A DNA stretch of 64,000 nucleotides from Octopus sinensis (lineage: Eukaryota), in contig NC_043000.1 of NCBI RefSeq assembly GCF_006345805.1, positions 77,624,001 to 77,688,000 of the forward strand, read 5' to 3'. Shown piece by piece: positions 50,953 to 64,000 of this stretch. The notes below the pieces were generated by a model. It worked only from the letters and a program-made list of their open reading frames with translations. It made no database searches and had not been told where the DNA came from. Both the position numbers and the translations under genes were made by a program. The first letter of the stretch is position 1, and each line of letters opens with the position of its first letter.

Positions 50953-51715
50953 ATTTTATGTTTGATTTTTGCTTTGATTTTGTACAAGTTGGCTCCACGT
51001 CTCATCCAGAGACCTCAAACGTCAACAAATTAGAAGTTCATGTTGGTGTCATATATTTGGTGTTGTACATAGTATAATTTTAGAGAATCTTTAAGAAAAC
51101 AAGAAAATTATGTATTTGTTTTAAAATTTGAGATTACATAGAGAGTATGAACACTATCTTTTTAAATTCTGCCATTTTGGGGTTTCCTGGTATCTTAGCT
51201 AAGTAGTAATCAACCCCTTTTGCTATGATTCCTGGGGCACCTACGACAACAGGTATTATTTTAGTGTTCAAGTTCCACAGTTTGCTAATTTCTATTTCAA
51301 GATATTTATATTTGCTCAGTTTTTGGTAGGCCTTGACAGATACATTTATATCGATTGGGATAGTCATAGCAATGAGGAGGCATGATTTTTGTCTGAAGTC
51401 TTTCAATATAATGTCTGGCCTATTCGCATCTATCTTTCTGTCAGTTTGAATGGTGACGTTTCAGAGGAGTGATATGTGATCATTTTCAAGCACTGGAGGT
51501 GGTTTATGTTCCCACCAGTTTGTATCATGGGGCAGGTCCAGGTTTTTGCATATTACCCAATGAATATATCGTGCAGCTCTATCGTGCCTGTTCAGATACT
51601 TTGTAGGCGCAAGAAGACTGCACATGGAGACAACATGATCAATGGTCTCATTTTGTTGTTGACATACATGGCATGTCGGGAAACTGCCGTTCTTTAATAT
51701 ATTGGCCTGGTAGTT
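50953..51715 (-). mobile_element. R4/Dong subfamily C, 5'-truncated
   Basis: CHVCQQQNETIDHVVSMC...RHDRAARYIHW...KLSKYKYLEIEI, with a (TTA)n flank. Confidence 0.9.
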
Positions 51716-51732
51716 TATTATTATTATTATTA

Positions 51733-51887
51733 TCGTTAAAAGACCGCTTCCTTCAAGTCTTCCACATGTTCCTTTATCTAATTCCATCGATGTTATTGGA
51801 TTAGATTTGTTTTTGAATGGGGAGCCCGGTGTAGCACGTCCATGTTGTTATTCAGCGTGGGGCTATTCTGTTAATCAGCGCGGGGCT

Positions 51888-51890
<3 letters not shown>
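51733..51890 (-). mobile_element. ~157-bp young element between (TGA)n and (TAA)n, copy 1
   Basis: Two mismatches seen against 60702-60858. Confidence 0.8.
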
Positions 51891-51934
<44 letters not shown>

Positions 51935-51943
51935 ATCACCATC

Positions 51944-52010
<67 letters not shown>

Positions 52011-52014
52011 GTAG

Positions 52015-52087
<73 letters not shown>

Positions 52088-52090
<3 letters not shown>

Positions 52091-55000
52091 TAGTTTTATT
52101 TTTATAACGTGCTTTCACTTCACTACCGATCGTAGCTCTGTGTGCCTTGGGTATGTGCAGTCGTTTGCTGTGATGCTCTTATGGTTACTGTACTGAAAGT
52201 GTTTTGCGTAGGATGTGTGCAGTGCCCAGTAGTGCAATTTTCTATACGTTATATATATTTGTAAGTTCTGGTGTTTTTGTTATGTATTTGTCTGAACACT
52301 TTTTATCATACCTAATGCGCCCACTATGATAGGAATTGTTTCTGTTTTTAGATTCCACATTCGAGTTACCTCTATTTCATGGTATTTGTATTTTGAAAGT
52401 TTCTCCATTTCTTTTAAAAAAACTTTGTCATCTGCTAGTATTGATACATCAATTATTGGGTTGTCCGGAAAGTTCGTGCCGATTTTTAAAGGAAAGAAAA
52501 GGTCAATAAATACTTGCTATTACATTTTTTATTCAACCAAATATGAACCATTTTGTTGCACAATGCGTCTCCATCTTTCCTTTAACTTGAAAATACCCTC
52601 CTCCCAGAATTGTGATGGTTTCATGGCAAAGAATTCATCAAGGAATCTTTTTACGTCATCCAAGGAATTGAAATTTTTACGATTAAGACTATTCTGCAGA
52701 GACCTGAATAAGTGGAAATCCGAAGGAACAATATCTGGTGAATATGGAGGGTGGGGTAACACATCCCAGCCGATCTGCAGCAAGTTTTGTCTGGTTCCCA
52801 AAGAAACGTGCGGTCTTGCATTATCATGCTGGAAAACAACACACTTCCTGTTGGCCAATTCTGGACGTTTCTCTTGAATTGCTGCTTTTAACTCGTCCAG
52901 TTGTGTGCAGTATTTCTGAGAATTAATTGTCTGGTTTCTTGGGAGAAGCTCATAGTACAGAATTCCTTTCCAATCCCACCAGACACAAAACAAGACTTTT
53001 TTAGGGTGAAGACCCGCTTTTGGGGTGGATAAGGGTGGCACATGTCGCTTACTCTAGGATCTCTTTCTCTGAACATTTCTCATCACCTGTCACAATCTGC
53101 TTTAAAAAAGGCGCGTTTTCATTCCGTTTATAAAGCGAATCACAGATGGAAATGCGACCCAAAAGGTTCTTCTCACTCAACTCATGCGGTACCCAAACAT
53201 CGTAGCGATTTGTATACCCAAGCTTTACCAGGTGCTCATGAACGACGGATTTTGATAGGTGGAGGCTTTCTCCCAATTCTCGGGTTGTGCAATGTGGGTT
53301 ATTCTCAATTAATGACTTGATTTGGCCATCATCAGTAGTGGATGGTCTGTCTGATCGCTCTTTATCAATAAGGCTACAATCTCCAGCTCGGAATCTTGCG
53401 AACCACTTCCGTACAGTTCTTTCAGATAAAGAAACATCACCGTAAACTGCGCATATTTCTTTGGTTGCTTGTGAGGCATTTTCCCTCTACGAAAAAAGAA
53501 AAGCATCAAGTGCCGAAAATGAACTTTCTTATCTTCCATTTCAAAGGTTTACAGAATTAACACGGGTTATAGGAACATAAACCTTCTTCCACGAAAAGGT
53601 AGCTTAAACTATGCTCTAAATGGAGTGTAGTCAAATCCTATTTTATGGACTCAATCATTTTCTAAAATAAGTCGAAAGGTAAGCTAATATAAATCGACAC
53701 GAACTTTCCGGACAACCCAATAGAAAGGATTTTTTCTTCATGATCTCTGACAAGTATATCTGGTTTATTGGCTTTAATTTCTCTGTGTGTATTGGCATAT
53801 CCCATAGTATGGTTGCTTTCTCGTTTTCTGTGACCTTTTCTGGCGTGTGCTTATACCATCTTTTTTCTGTTGTTATTCCATAGTGTTGGCATAGCTTCCA
53901 GTGTATGTAGGTCACAACTCTGTCGTGTCTGTGAATATATTCCTTCTTAACCAGGACTTGGTAGCCAGAGATAATATGATTTATTATTTCTTGTCCATCT
54001 CCACATATTCTGCAGTTGCTTGTTATGTTTCTTTTCATTATATGTTTTTGGTAATTTCTGGTGGGGATGCTTTGGTCTTGTACTGCAATTAAATATCCTT
54101 CAGTCTCTGCTTTGAGTTCTGAGCTTCTCAACCATTGCTGCTTTTTCTCTGTCTATTTCTTTTGCGTTTAGTTTAGCTCAGTATTTCCCATGAAGGGACT
54201 TTTCTTGCCATCGTTTTATCATGGTCCGTTGCTGTTCTAGTTTTAGTTTGGATTTCATTTGTTTTATAGCTTTTCTTCTTCTTCTTCTTCTTCTTCTTCT
54301 TCTTCTTCTTCTTCTTCTTCTTCTTCTTCTTCTTCTTCTTCTTCTTCTTCTTCTTCTTCTTCTTCTTCTTCTTCGTCTTCTTCTTCTCCTCCTCCTCTCC
54401 TCCTTTCTTCTTCTCTTCTCTTCTTCTTCTTCTCTTTTCTTCTTCTTTTCTTCTTCTTTTCTTCTTCTCTTCTTCTTCTTCTTCTTTGTTAGGTAGCAAT
54501 GACTTCTTGTTTGTATTTGTCAGCTTCCTTTAAAGACTGAAAACAGTTTTTTATTTTGCTCGTTTTGTGGCTATTTGTATAAGTTTTCCTTGCTTCTGAA
54601 GTAGGTATTTTTGCGGTACTATGGTGGTTTATGATAGTTTTCCAGCTGTGTAAGGCCTCTACCACCTTCTATACGTTGTATATATAACCTTTCTATGTCA
54701 GATTTTGGTGGTGCTTCCTAGATCTTGTCATTTTTCTTTTTTTCCTGTCTATTTTGGTTAGTTCATTTATTGTCCAGTTAAGGATATTGCAGATGTAACT
54801 TATAACTGGGACGGCTGAGTGTTGATATCTATTATCTTGTTTTCAGAATTGAGCTCTGTTTTCGGTATTGATCTAACTCGTCTATAGCTTTCTTTCTTTC
54901 TTTTTTCTTTCATTTGTGTGTGTTGTATCGCATCTATTTCATTGATTGTATGTCTAGCTTTGGTCTAATTCTTTTATTTCATTGGTTTTATCTAGTGTGA

Positions 55001-55620
55001 TGTTGCTACTCTTAACTAGTTTTCCTCTTTTCAAGGTTGCTTTGGCACCTTTTTCTAAGCCAAATTTCATATTTATTTCTTTGGTAAATCCATGTACTGT
55101 CTTTATTAGTGTTTCCAGCTGTTTGTCATTTATAGCGTATAGTTTTTGGTAATCCATTATAAGAGGTGGCTGATTGTTTTGCCATAACATTTGCATCCGC
55201 ATTCAGTCTGTTTAGCATGCCAGATAAAGATGTCAGTGCCAAGCAGAAAAGGAGTGGAGAGAGCGTGTCTCCCTGGACTATTACTCTTCTATTGGGGATG
55301 TCTTTGGATTTCACGAGTCCCTCTTTTGTTTGGAGCTGTAGCACTGTCCGCCATTTATTCATAGAGTGTCTTATGTATTTTATAATTGTTGGTGCTACCT
55401 TGTTCATGGCTAGTGTTTCGAGGATCCACGTGTGGGGAATGCTATCAAAAGCCTTTCAATAGTCGATCCAGGCCATACTGAGGCCTTTCTTCTTTCTGTG
55501 GCTGACTTCAGTTATGGCTTTATTGATCATTAGTTGATCTTTACAGCCGTATGAGCCTTTGCAGCATCCCTTCTGCTCTTCTGGAAACAGGTTGTTTTCT
55601 TCTAGATGCTTGCTCAATTT
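52088..55620 (-). mobile_element. R4/Dong subfamily B, second copy, interrupted by a mariner
   Basis: Colinear with 5464-7550. The sequence resumes at 53721 exactly where it stopped at 52455. Confidence 0.92.
52456..53720 (-). mobile_element. Mariner (DD34D, mellifera-subfamily-like) with TIRs and TA duplication
   Basis: TIR TTGGGTTGTCCGGAAAGTTCGTGYCGATTT; TA at 52454-55 and 53721-22. Motifs WVPHEL, VTGDEK, HDNARPH and HPPYSPDIVPSD are present. A frameshift, a small deletion and a stop inactivate it. Confidence 0.95.
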
Positions 55621-56240
55621 GGTCCAACCACTGCGAAAATTATTTTTTATTATTGTACAGAATCCACTTTTCATCGCAAGTTACAATACGGTCGGGAACT
55701 GGATCGTTCTTGTTACGGAGAAGAAATGACGAGCAAATTTCATATCTGCGCATTTTCTGATTTTCATTCAAATCGTGTGGTACCCATTCGTCGAGCTTTT
55801 TTGATTTTCCAATCGCATGACAGTTTTTTGGTTGATTTAAAGTTCTTTTGCTTCAAAATCACTCTCGATGTGTTTTACGTGGATCACCTCTTCTCTTCAT
55901 TTGATACTAACCCTACATCACACACGCTAGCACTGACCAATTCTCAGTACCCACATTCACACACGTACACACGCACACACAATCTTCAATAATTGACCGT
56001 TATCGATGACAGATGCGCGTCCACTACGCTCGTGAACTTCAAGCCTCAAGTTTCCACTGCGAAATGGTTTAAACCATTTTCGAGCTGACCACTCACTGGT
56101 CATTTCCTCACCAAATGTTTCATTGATATCGCGAGCAGTTTCAGCTGCTTTACGTCTTTTTCTGAAGTTGAATAGCAAAATTGCTCGAATATCGCGCTTC
56201 GACAGTTACATTTCAGATGACTGTAACAACGGAGAAAAAA
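55621..56240 (-). mobile_element. Mariner 5' half (cecropia/Hsmar1-like), degenerate
   Basis: KAAETARDINETFG...WFKPFRSG...ERSGR and KKLDEWVPHDLNENQK...DRIVTCDEKWILYNN. Confidence 0.85.
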
Positions 56241-56597
56241 AATCAATGTTAATTTATTGATGCATTTGGGCAAGTCTATGTCTGTATTATGAGACAGTTT
56301 CAAAAACTTTTAAATATTCAAAGGTCTGCAAAAATCCGGTACAAATTCTTCACGGTTCAAAACGTGGTTTACATTTTACTCAACTTGAGATATATATATA
56401 TTATTTACAGATACTGTTATACATTGGTAAATGTTTTTGAAAGTTCTGGTTTTTTGGTATGTTTGTTCCTAAACATTTTAGTGTTGTTGACACCGCCGGA
56501 TTGAATGGTACTGCCGTAGAGCAGCTGATGATGGAGGTATGTTGGATTGTTGGTATGGCTGTTTTTGTATATGTGGAATAGCGTTATAACATCCTTT

Positions 56598-56649
<52 letters not shown>

Positions 56650-57027
56650 CTCCCTTTTGGAATGTTATACCATAGCATATAATTATTGAATTGAAAAACC
56701 ATCCTTTTCGATGTCGATGACTGACTGTGGGACTCGAACTCAAATCACCTGTAGACGACAGGCGTACTACCATTGTACCAATGTAATTAAACATATACAG
56801 TTTAGAAACTGTATTCCTACCAATGAGAATTATAAGTTGTTAATGTCATAAGAATCTATAAACATTTGAGAGGGCGTGAAATTATTATTTTTATTTTGAG
56901 AAAGTAGATCTCGAACTACATAAAAGCTTTAATAATAGCACCAAACAATTTAAGATAAATTCTTCATATCTTAAGTGGCAAGGACTTACACATACACACA
57001 CACTCAAACACAGAGACACGCACACAC

Positions 57028-57058
<31 letters not shown>

Positions 57059-57198
57059 GTTCTTCTCAAATGAGGCAATTGATGTTTATTTCTTGACCCA
57101 CAAGATAATGTTGCCCTGTGCGAAATTTGAACTGAAACAATGGAGTTGGAACAAATACCTTGATGAGATCGCTCGAACGCTTTAATGACCCTGCCTTG

Positions 57199-57266
<68 letters not shown>

Positions 57267-57287
57267 GTTAGTTATCTATTATGTGTC

Positions 57288-57669
57288 TGTGGAGACGCAA
57301 TGGCCCAATGGTTAGGACAGCGGACTCGCGTTCGTAGGATCGCGGTTTCGATTCCCAGACGGGTCTTTGTGAGTGTTTATTGAGCGAAAACACCTACAGC
57401 TGCACGAGGCTCCAGCAGAGTGAGGTGGGTGAATCCTGCTGTACTCTGTCAACAAAACTTTCTCTCACTCTTTATTCCTGTTTCTGTTGTACCTGTATTT
57501 CAAAGGGCCAGCCTTGTCACACTCTGTGTCACGATGAACCTCCCCGAGAACTACGTTAAGGGTACACGTGTCTGTGGAGTGCTCAGCCACTTGCATGTTA
57601 ATTTCACGAGCAGGCTCTTCCGTTGATCGGATCAATTGGAACCCTCGTCGTCGTAACCGACGGAGTGCC
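57288..57669 (+). mobile_element. SINE family S3, full length
   Basis: A box TGGCCCAATGGTTAG, B box GGTTTCGATTCCC, tail ...GTCGTCGTAACCGACGGAGTGCC. Confidence 0.8.
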
Positions 57670-58558
57670 TCGGCGATTATGTGTCTATAAGTCTCTCTCT
57701 ACCTTTCTATCTATATGGTTTCTATGAAGGTGTGTGCAGGTCTACACACGCACACTTACACAGGCATACACTACTCATGTTTGATTGCGCACGTACGTAT
57801 GTATGTATGTGTGTGTGTGCGTGTGCGTGTGCGTGTGTTTTAATGCGCATTTATATATGAAATGTCTAATAATTGTCGTGTGAAATTGCATAAATGACTT
57901 TTTCCAGCTCGTATTTATTTTTTTTTGGTTATTTCTATTGTCATTTTAAATATTGTTGATGGTGGTGGTGGTGATGATAATTCTTTTAACATTATCGTTA
58001 CTACTTTTTGCTATTGCTGTTAAATTTGCTGTTGTTCTTATTTTTGTGGTAGTCGTTGTTGACCCGCTTATCACTTGTTGCTGCTCTTGTTTCTGTCGTT
58101 GTTGACACCGAGCTTATTGTTTACCCTGTTGCTGTTGTTTACTCTGTGGATACTGTTGTTGTTGTCAATGAATCGAATCTTTCTCCTTCCCTTCACTTGA
58201 TGATTTGTTGATGGTTGTTTGTTAGCGCTTTGGTTACCACAATAACATGTGGCTAGTTTCAGCTGCTTTGGGAGTAGCTCCTGCTGAGTCTCCAAATTAT
58301 TGAACATACGCACAAATACACGCACATGTTCATACATTCATACACACACACAATTACGAATGTACATGGAAACGTATATACATACGTATTTCTTCGTTGA
58401 TATTCATGTGTATATACGTCTGTACGTATATGTATCTTAACCACATACATGCATATATGCATACTTATAAACATACATATAAAAGCACTGATTCCTAAAG
58501 ATGGTGTGTGTGTGTGTGTGTGCGTTCGTGCGCGCGCGCGTGTGCGTGTAAGTGAGTG

Positions 58559-59213
58559 AGTTGCACAAAGTGTATGGAGAGGAGTGTATGAGCGGCGCGC
58601 AAATGTACGAGTGGTTTTGACGTTTTCAAGAAGGCCGAGAATATGTCGATATTGACGAACATTTCTGGGAGACACACAACCAGCAGAAGTAAGAAAAACA
58701 TCGCAGATGTGAGTGTATATGTGAGGGGAAATCATCGAACCACCATCCGTGAGTTATCAGAAGATGTGCAGATTAGTTATGTTTCAGTTCAGTCCATTAT
58801 CACTGAAGATTTGGGTATGAGACACATGTCTGCCAAGTTTGTGTCGAAACTATATTCAGCTGACCAAAAAGGCACTCGGGTTTCAGTTGCACAAAATCGC
58901 CTTGATTGTGTCGAGAACGATGAAAGCTTTTTGAAAACTTTGCGTAGGACTCTCAGCCGGTATCGCCAAGCGTTTGGCAATATTTGATGCAGATTGTCTT
59001 TTCAACTTTCTCTGTCATGGTCAATACGACGATCACGCGCTACACACCTTCCTTCCAAGCACTGCTGTAAATAGCATAAGCGATCTAGCATGTTAAAACT
59101 TAGTGCGCATGCACCGCAGAATTTAAGTTCAATCTGTGCCAAGCGGCTTCACTCTGCGTGCTTTAGCTTTGTTACTATGGCCATACAGCTGGACACTTCT
59201 TTATCAGACCACG
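58559..59213 (-). mobile_element. Mariner (irritans-like) 5' part with an internally inverted segment
   Basis: TIR-like end plus TA at 59214. MTEKVEKTICIKYCQTLGD... starts at 59018 on the minus strand, and its continuation LHKVYGEECMS...TTIREL...KFVSKL lies on the plus strand at 58559-58939. Confidence 0.75.
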
Positions 59214-59376
59214 TATATGTGTATAGACCGAAAAAAAGACAGATAGATAGAAAGAGAGAGAGAGAGAGAGAATGAGAGAGAGAGAGAGCGAAGTGAGGAG
59301 GGAATAGAGAGAGGTGTTTTGATGACGCTTGACACGGTGTCCCTGTAACCTTAGAATACCTTTTTCCTCTCCTGGA

Positions 59377-59440
<64 letters not shown>

Positions 59441-59821
59441 GTGTTAATTGAGAAAGAAAACAAACGATGCTGGATCATAGATGCAGCATTTCCAGCTGAC
59501 TACAAGGTATGCGATAAAGAAGAAAGAAAATCGATAGTTATGACAGGTTATCTTGGGAGGTTAAGCAGTTGTGGTCCATGAAAAAGGTGGCAGTTATACC
59601 AATAATTGTCGGAACCTTGGGAATAGTGAGTAGAAATCATGAGGAGTACATGGAACAAATAGGGGCTGCAATAAGGGTGTGGCACTTACAGAAAACAGTA
59701 CTGCTTCGAACCGCTTGAATACTCCGGATGGTGCTTGGAAAATAAAGGGTGTTACCTTAGTTCACTAGTAGTGAACAGCTGGTATTGTAGTACATCTCCA
59801 ACATTAAAAGCTATGCAATGA
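59441..59821 (+). mobile_element. R4/Dong subfamily E, short 3' fragment between (TAA)n tracts
   Basis: CWIIDAAFPADYKVCDKE...LWSMKKVAVIPIIVGTLG...QKTVLL. Confidence 0.8.
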
Positions 59822-59932
59822 AATAATAATAATAATAATAATAATAACAACAACAAAACAACAACAATAACAACAACAACAACAACAACAACAGCAGCAG
59901 CAGCAACAACAACAACAACAACAATAATAATA

Positions 59933-60490
59933 AACGCCCTGATGCAGTACCAGGCAATGGCTCTCGTGGCTTCTGATCTTAACTGATTGGAGGTGTTATC
60001 ATGTACATTGTTTTGTCTTGGTATAAAAGATGGGCTACAGCAAATATTCTGCTCAATACCACAGATTTGCTTGTCAGTTGTTTGATCTTAACCAGTTGAG
60101 CATGTCCCTTAGGTGTTGACGATATGTGCATCTCTGATCACGAGCAGAAGTAGTGGGGGAGCATCATAGCCATGTGTTGAGAGGGATTCTTTGGGGTTTG
60201 AATAATTCACCTCTGGAAACATGGGTGTTTCGTTCAACATCCTTAAACAACCCTTATTCAAGGACCTTTTGAGCGGGATGGGTAACTCGACCAGAAGAAA
60301 ATTCTAACTGGGCCCCCACCTGCAAGGTCATGTGCTGTTTATCTTGATATGAGACCACCATTTCGCGCACATATGGCTGTGATGCATGTGCCTCGTGTTC
60401 CCTTATAAGACGGGTAGTCATGATCGGTATACTGGGTGTCTTATATTTTACCCCAGTGTCACTTTGATGGCATGCACTGCTCTCTTACTC
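59933..60490 (+). mobile_element. Non-coding (TAA)n-flanked interspersed element, copy 2
   Basis: Homologous to 50133-50643. No ORF and no clear pol III boxes. Confidence 0.8.
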
Positions 60491-60506
60491 AATAATAATA
60501 ATAATA

Positions 60507-60620
<114 letters not shown>

Positions 60621-60629
60621 TGATGATGG

Positions 60630-60701
<72 letters not shown>

Positions 60702-60702
<1 letters not shown>

Positions 60703-60858
60703 AGCCCCGCGCTGATTAACAGAATAGCCCCACGCTGAATAACAACATGGACGTTCTACACCGGGCTCCCCATTCAAAAACAAATCTAATCCAATAACAT
60801 CGATGGAATTAGATAAAGGAATATGTGGAAGACTTGAAGGAAGCGGTCTTTTAACGAT
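60702..60858 (+). mobile_element. ~157-bp young element between (TGA)n and (TAA)n, copy 2
   Basis: Near-identical to 51733-51890. Confidence 0.8.
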
Positions 60859-60872
60859 AATAATAATAATAA

Positions 60873-61066
60873 TTTTTTTTTACTACCCACAAGGAGCTAA
60901 ACACAGAGAGGACAAACAAGGACAGACAAACACATTAAGTCGATTATATCGACCCCCAGTGCGTAACTGGTACTTAATTTATCGACCCCGAAAGGATGAA
61001 AGGCAAAGTTGGCCTCGGCGGAATTTGAACTCAGAACGTAACGGCAGACGAAATACGGCTAAACGA
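60873..61066 (-). mobile_element. SINE S2 with Tx1-like tail, head truncated
   Basis: Tail TGTCCTCTCTGTGTTTAGCTCCTTGTGGGTAGTAAAA and the S2 core. Confidence 0.82.
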
Positions 61067-61069
61067 AAT

Positions 61070-62609
61070 TTCACTGCCATACAAAGCACAGCTTCTCCTA
61101 TGCACGATGTCTCAGTGAAACATGTACGAAACACACTCACGAAGTCGACACCGGAAAGTTTACAAATTATAAAATAGAAATGGAACAAAACTGAAAGCAC
61201 ATACATTGAGTAATTACGCATACACTCGAATGTCTCCAGAATACATTTTGATACCCATAGGACTATACGCATAGCTCAATATCACCACTCCTCTTTTGTC
61301 TAGCCTTAATACCTCTCTCAAAATTGCTCGATGATGCACAGTACAGTTACAAAATGTTTGATAAAAATATAAATCATCTCATTTACATGAATGATTTTTA
61401 GAACTGGATTTTTACAACTGGTACTAACAATGAATATTGCCACAATTGGCCTAGTCACATACTTGAAAAACTCTGAGAATTTGATGTTAAAACTTGTCTC
61501 AAAACATGAAAACAAGAAAGCATCATACTCAGTAACAAAACAGACGAAGGAATATCTAATGAATTCCGAATACAACAAATTCCAGAATTAGACGTACTAG
61601 AAACAAGCGCAGAAAAAGCTAAGCGCATGAAAACCGGGCTAAAACTACTGCCTTAGATATTCTGACTGATAAATGGCAAGAAAAACCTCTCAGTGGCAAA
61701 TACCCAAAGACAGCGAATAATGCCGATGTTGACAAAACCCTTACCCATCAATGGCTTTTGGTTTAAAATCAGAAACAGAAGGGTTTAACATAGCAGTCCA
61801 AAATCAATGCCTACCTACAAGGAACTACCAGGCCAACATATTAAAGAACCGCAGCTCCCCAATATGTCGTGTATGTCAACAATAAAATGAGACCATTGAT
61901 CATGTTGTCTCCATGTGCAGTCTTCTTGCGCCTACAGAGTATCTCAACAGGCTTGATAGAGCTGCACAATATATTTACTGGGTAATTTGCAAAAACCTGG
62001 ACTTGCCCTATGATAAAAACTGGTGGGAACGCAAACCACCTCCAGTACTTGAAAATGATCACATATTACTCCTCTGGAACTTCACCATTCAAACTGACAG
62101 AAAGATAGGTGCAAATAGGTCAGACATTATATTGAAAGACTTCAGACAAAAATCATGCCTCCTCATTGATATGACTGTCCCAATCGATATAAACGTATTT
62201 GTCAAGACCTACCAAAACTGAGCACGTATAAAGCTCTTGAAATAGAAATTAGTAAACTGTGGAACCTGAAGACTAAAACAATACCTGTTGTCGTAGGTGC
62301 CCTAGGAATGATAGCAAAAGGGGCTGATTGCTAGCTCAGATACCAAGAAACCCCAAAATGGCAGAAATTAAAAAGTTAGTGCCCATAGGAACTGTCCATA
62401 TCCTACATAAAATACTGACTATGTAATCTCAAATTTTAAAACAAACACATAATTTTCTTATGGTTTCTTAAACATTCTCAAGAACAATGCTATGTACAAA
62501 ACCAAATATATGGCACCCAAGCTTTAACTTCTAACTTGTTGACTTTGAAGTCTCAGGGTGAGACTTGGAGCCAACTTGTACAAATGCAAAGCAAAAGTCA
62601 ACCATCAAA
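61070..62609 (+). mobile_element. R4/Dong subfamily C with internal deletions
   Basis: PLLFCLALIPLSKLLDD...INHLIYMND, ORF 61913-62221 (REL domain), the same 3' UTR as 9676-9870, and a (TAA)n tail. Confidence 0.88.
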
Positions 62610-62621
62610 TAATAATAATAA

Positions 62622-62830
62622 TCTTTTCAACTATGGACACAAGGCCTGAAATGTTGGCGTGGGGTTAAGTCGATTACATCGACTCCAGTACCCAACCGGT
62701 ACTTACTTTCTCGACCTCAAAATGATGAAAGGCAAAGTCGACTACGACGGAATTTGAACTTAGAACATGAAGACAGACGAAATACCAACAAACATTTCGC
62801 TCGGCGTCCTAACGATTCTGCCAGCTTGCC
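62622..62830 (-). mobile_element. SINE S2 with a third tail variant
   Basis: S2 head and core; tail CATTTCAGGCCTTGTGTCCATAGTTGAAAAGA. Confidence 0.8.
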
Positions 62831-64000
62831 ATTTCTTTTCCGCACGAACTTTAATTTGCTGAAATAATTGGTTTATAATAAATGATTAGGAAATATAATA
62901 AACTTGCGTTTCGTGAAAAACATGTTTCACTCGACAGGATTGGGAGAACAGCGACATTGTCTTCCTTTCTTCTTGTGTCACTAATTGTATATGCTATTTT
63001 CTGCTTCCTTGGTCAGAAATACTATATACAGAATATAGTATATTACTAGTTCATACTGTAGTCGATCTATAGGATCTACACTGTATACTCTTAATTCCAA
63101 GCTAGAATATAGAATGTAGAACGACATAAGGCATTTGCTGTTTGAAATATAAGACGGATGTTTCTTTAAACCCCTCCTTCTTCTTTATCTCCTCCTCTTG
63201 CCGACTGTGTAATGAGAAATTTGTGGCGTGTTGCATTGGAACAGTACTTAAAATTTGGCTGACTGAGTTGTTTTTTCCGTAATTTTCATACATGTGGATA
63301 TCCTGCTAACTATCACACCTGCCGTCTACTTATCAGGATATAAGGCTACAGCTGGGGAAAAAAGACATAGTTTATTTACACGCACACAAACATACGTGCT
63401 CACACGCACACCCGCGCTCACGCACACATGGGTGTGGATGTATGTACATATATGTTAGACGCGTATTTATGTTCATTATCCGTACGCATTTATTTTTTGT
63501 TTACTGCAAGTTATAAACCCTTCCCGATCTAATATACTATGGGACATATATCATGATATATGTAACCCATTTTTAGTCTGCCACAGTTTCGCTTATAAAA
63601 CCTATTTAAATTGTTCCTAACTTTTAGGACACTGTTTTACTATGGTTTATTGAATAAAAGAGCAGCGTTCATAAGTAGTAAGGAAGAACAAGCAAAACCT
63701 CCTTAGTTGTTTCAGTAAGAAGAATATGGCATTGTTGCACAACTGTAGACCTACTTCGAATGTTATCATCAAAGTAGATCTTACTAAAGGTAGACAATAA
63801 CCAGGTGGTGGCTTTAAGACGGGAAAGGGATTAAGCCCACCTCTCAGCAACAGGTAGAAGACATCAGACAGATTCTGTACAATTTCTGTCTAAATTCCAA
63901 GCACCATCGGAAATGCCCTGCTCATGGCTATATTAGAAGTCATTTGGCCAATATGCTGCGGTTGTAATAGAATGCATTTGTCCAGTAAGCCGCAGGTTTG

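Noticed and set aside
56725-56785. tRNA gene on the minus strand
   Set aside because: A- and B-box-like motifs are present, but the anticodon loop is 5 nt and there is no acceptor stem. It is more likely a SINE head remnant.

Overview
Repeat-saturated, AT-rich eukaryotic DNA. It is probably octopus or another cephalopod; this is inferred from the SINE types and microsatellite density. I found no supportable host-gene exon, rRNA, intact tRNA or CRISPR array. Most long ORFs in the track are microsatellite artefacts or transposon remnants. Contents: (i) nine R4/Dong-type non-LTR retroelement copies from several subfamilies, mostly chained head-to-tail through (TAA)n tracts, plus two non-coding (TAA)n-flanked elements; (ii) several Penelope-like element (PLE) remnants, with fold-back (inverted-repeat) structures whose arms carry minimal hammerhead ribozyme motifs, one of them canonical; (iii) a Tx1/L1-like LINE whose 3' tail, including a CUUGU-loop hairpin, is shared with a tRNA-derived SINE family; (iv) a 5'-truncated U6 snRNA retrocopy; (v) Tc1, mariner and hAT DNA-transposon remnants and a CR1-type LINE end. 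All alignments and folds were done by eye, and boundaries are approximate unless set by a TIR, TSD or explicit motif.
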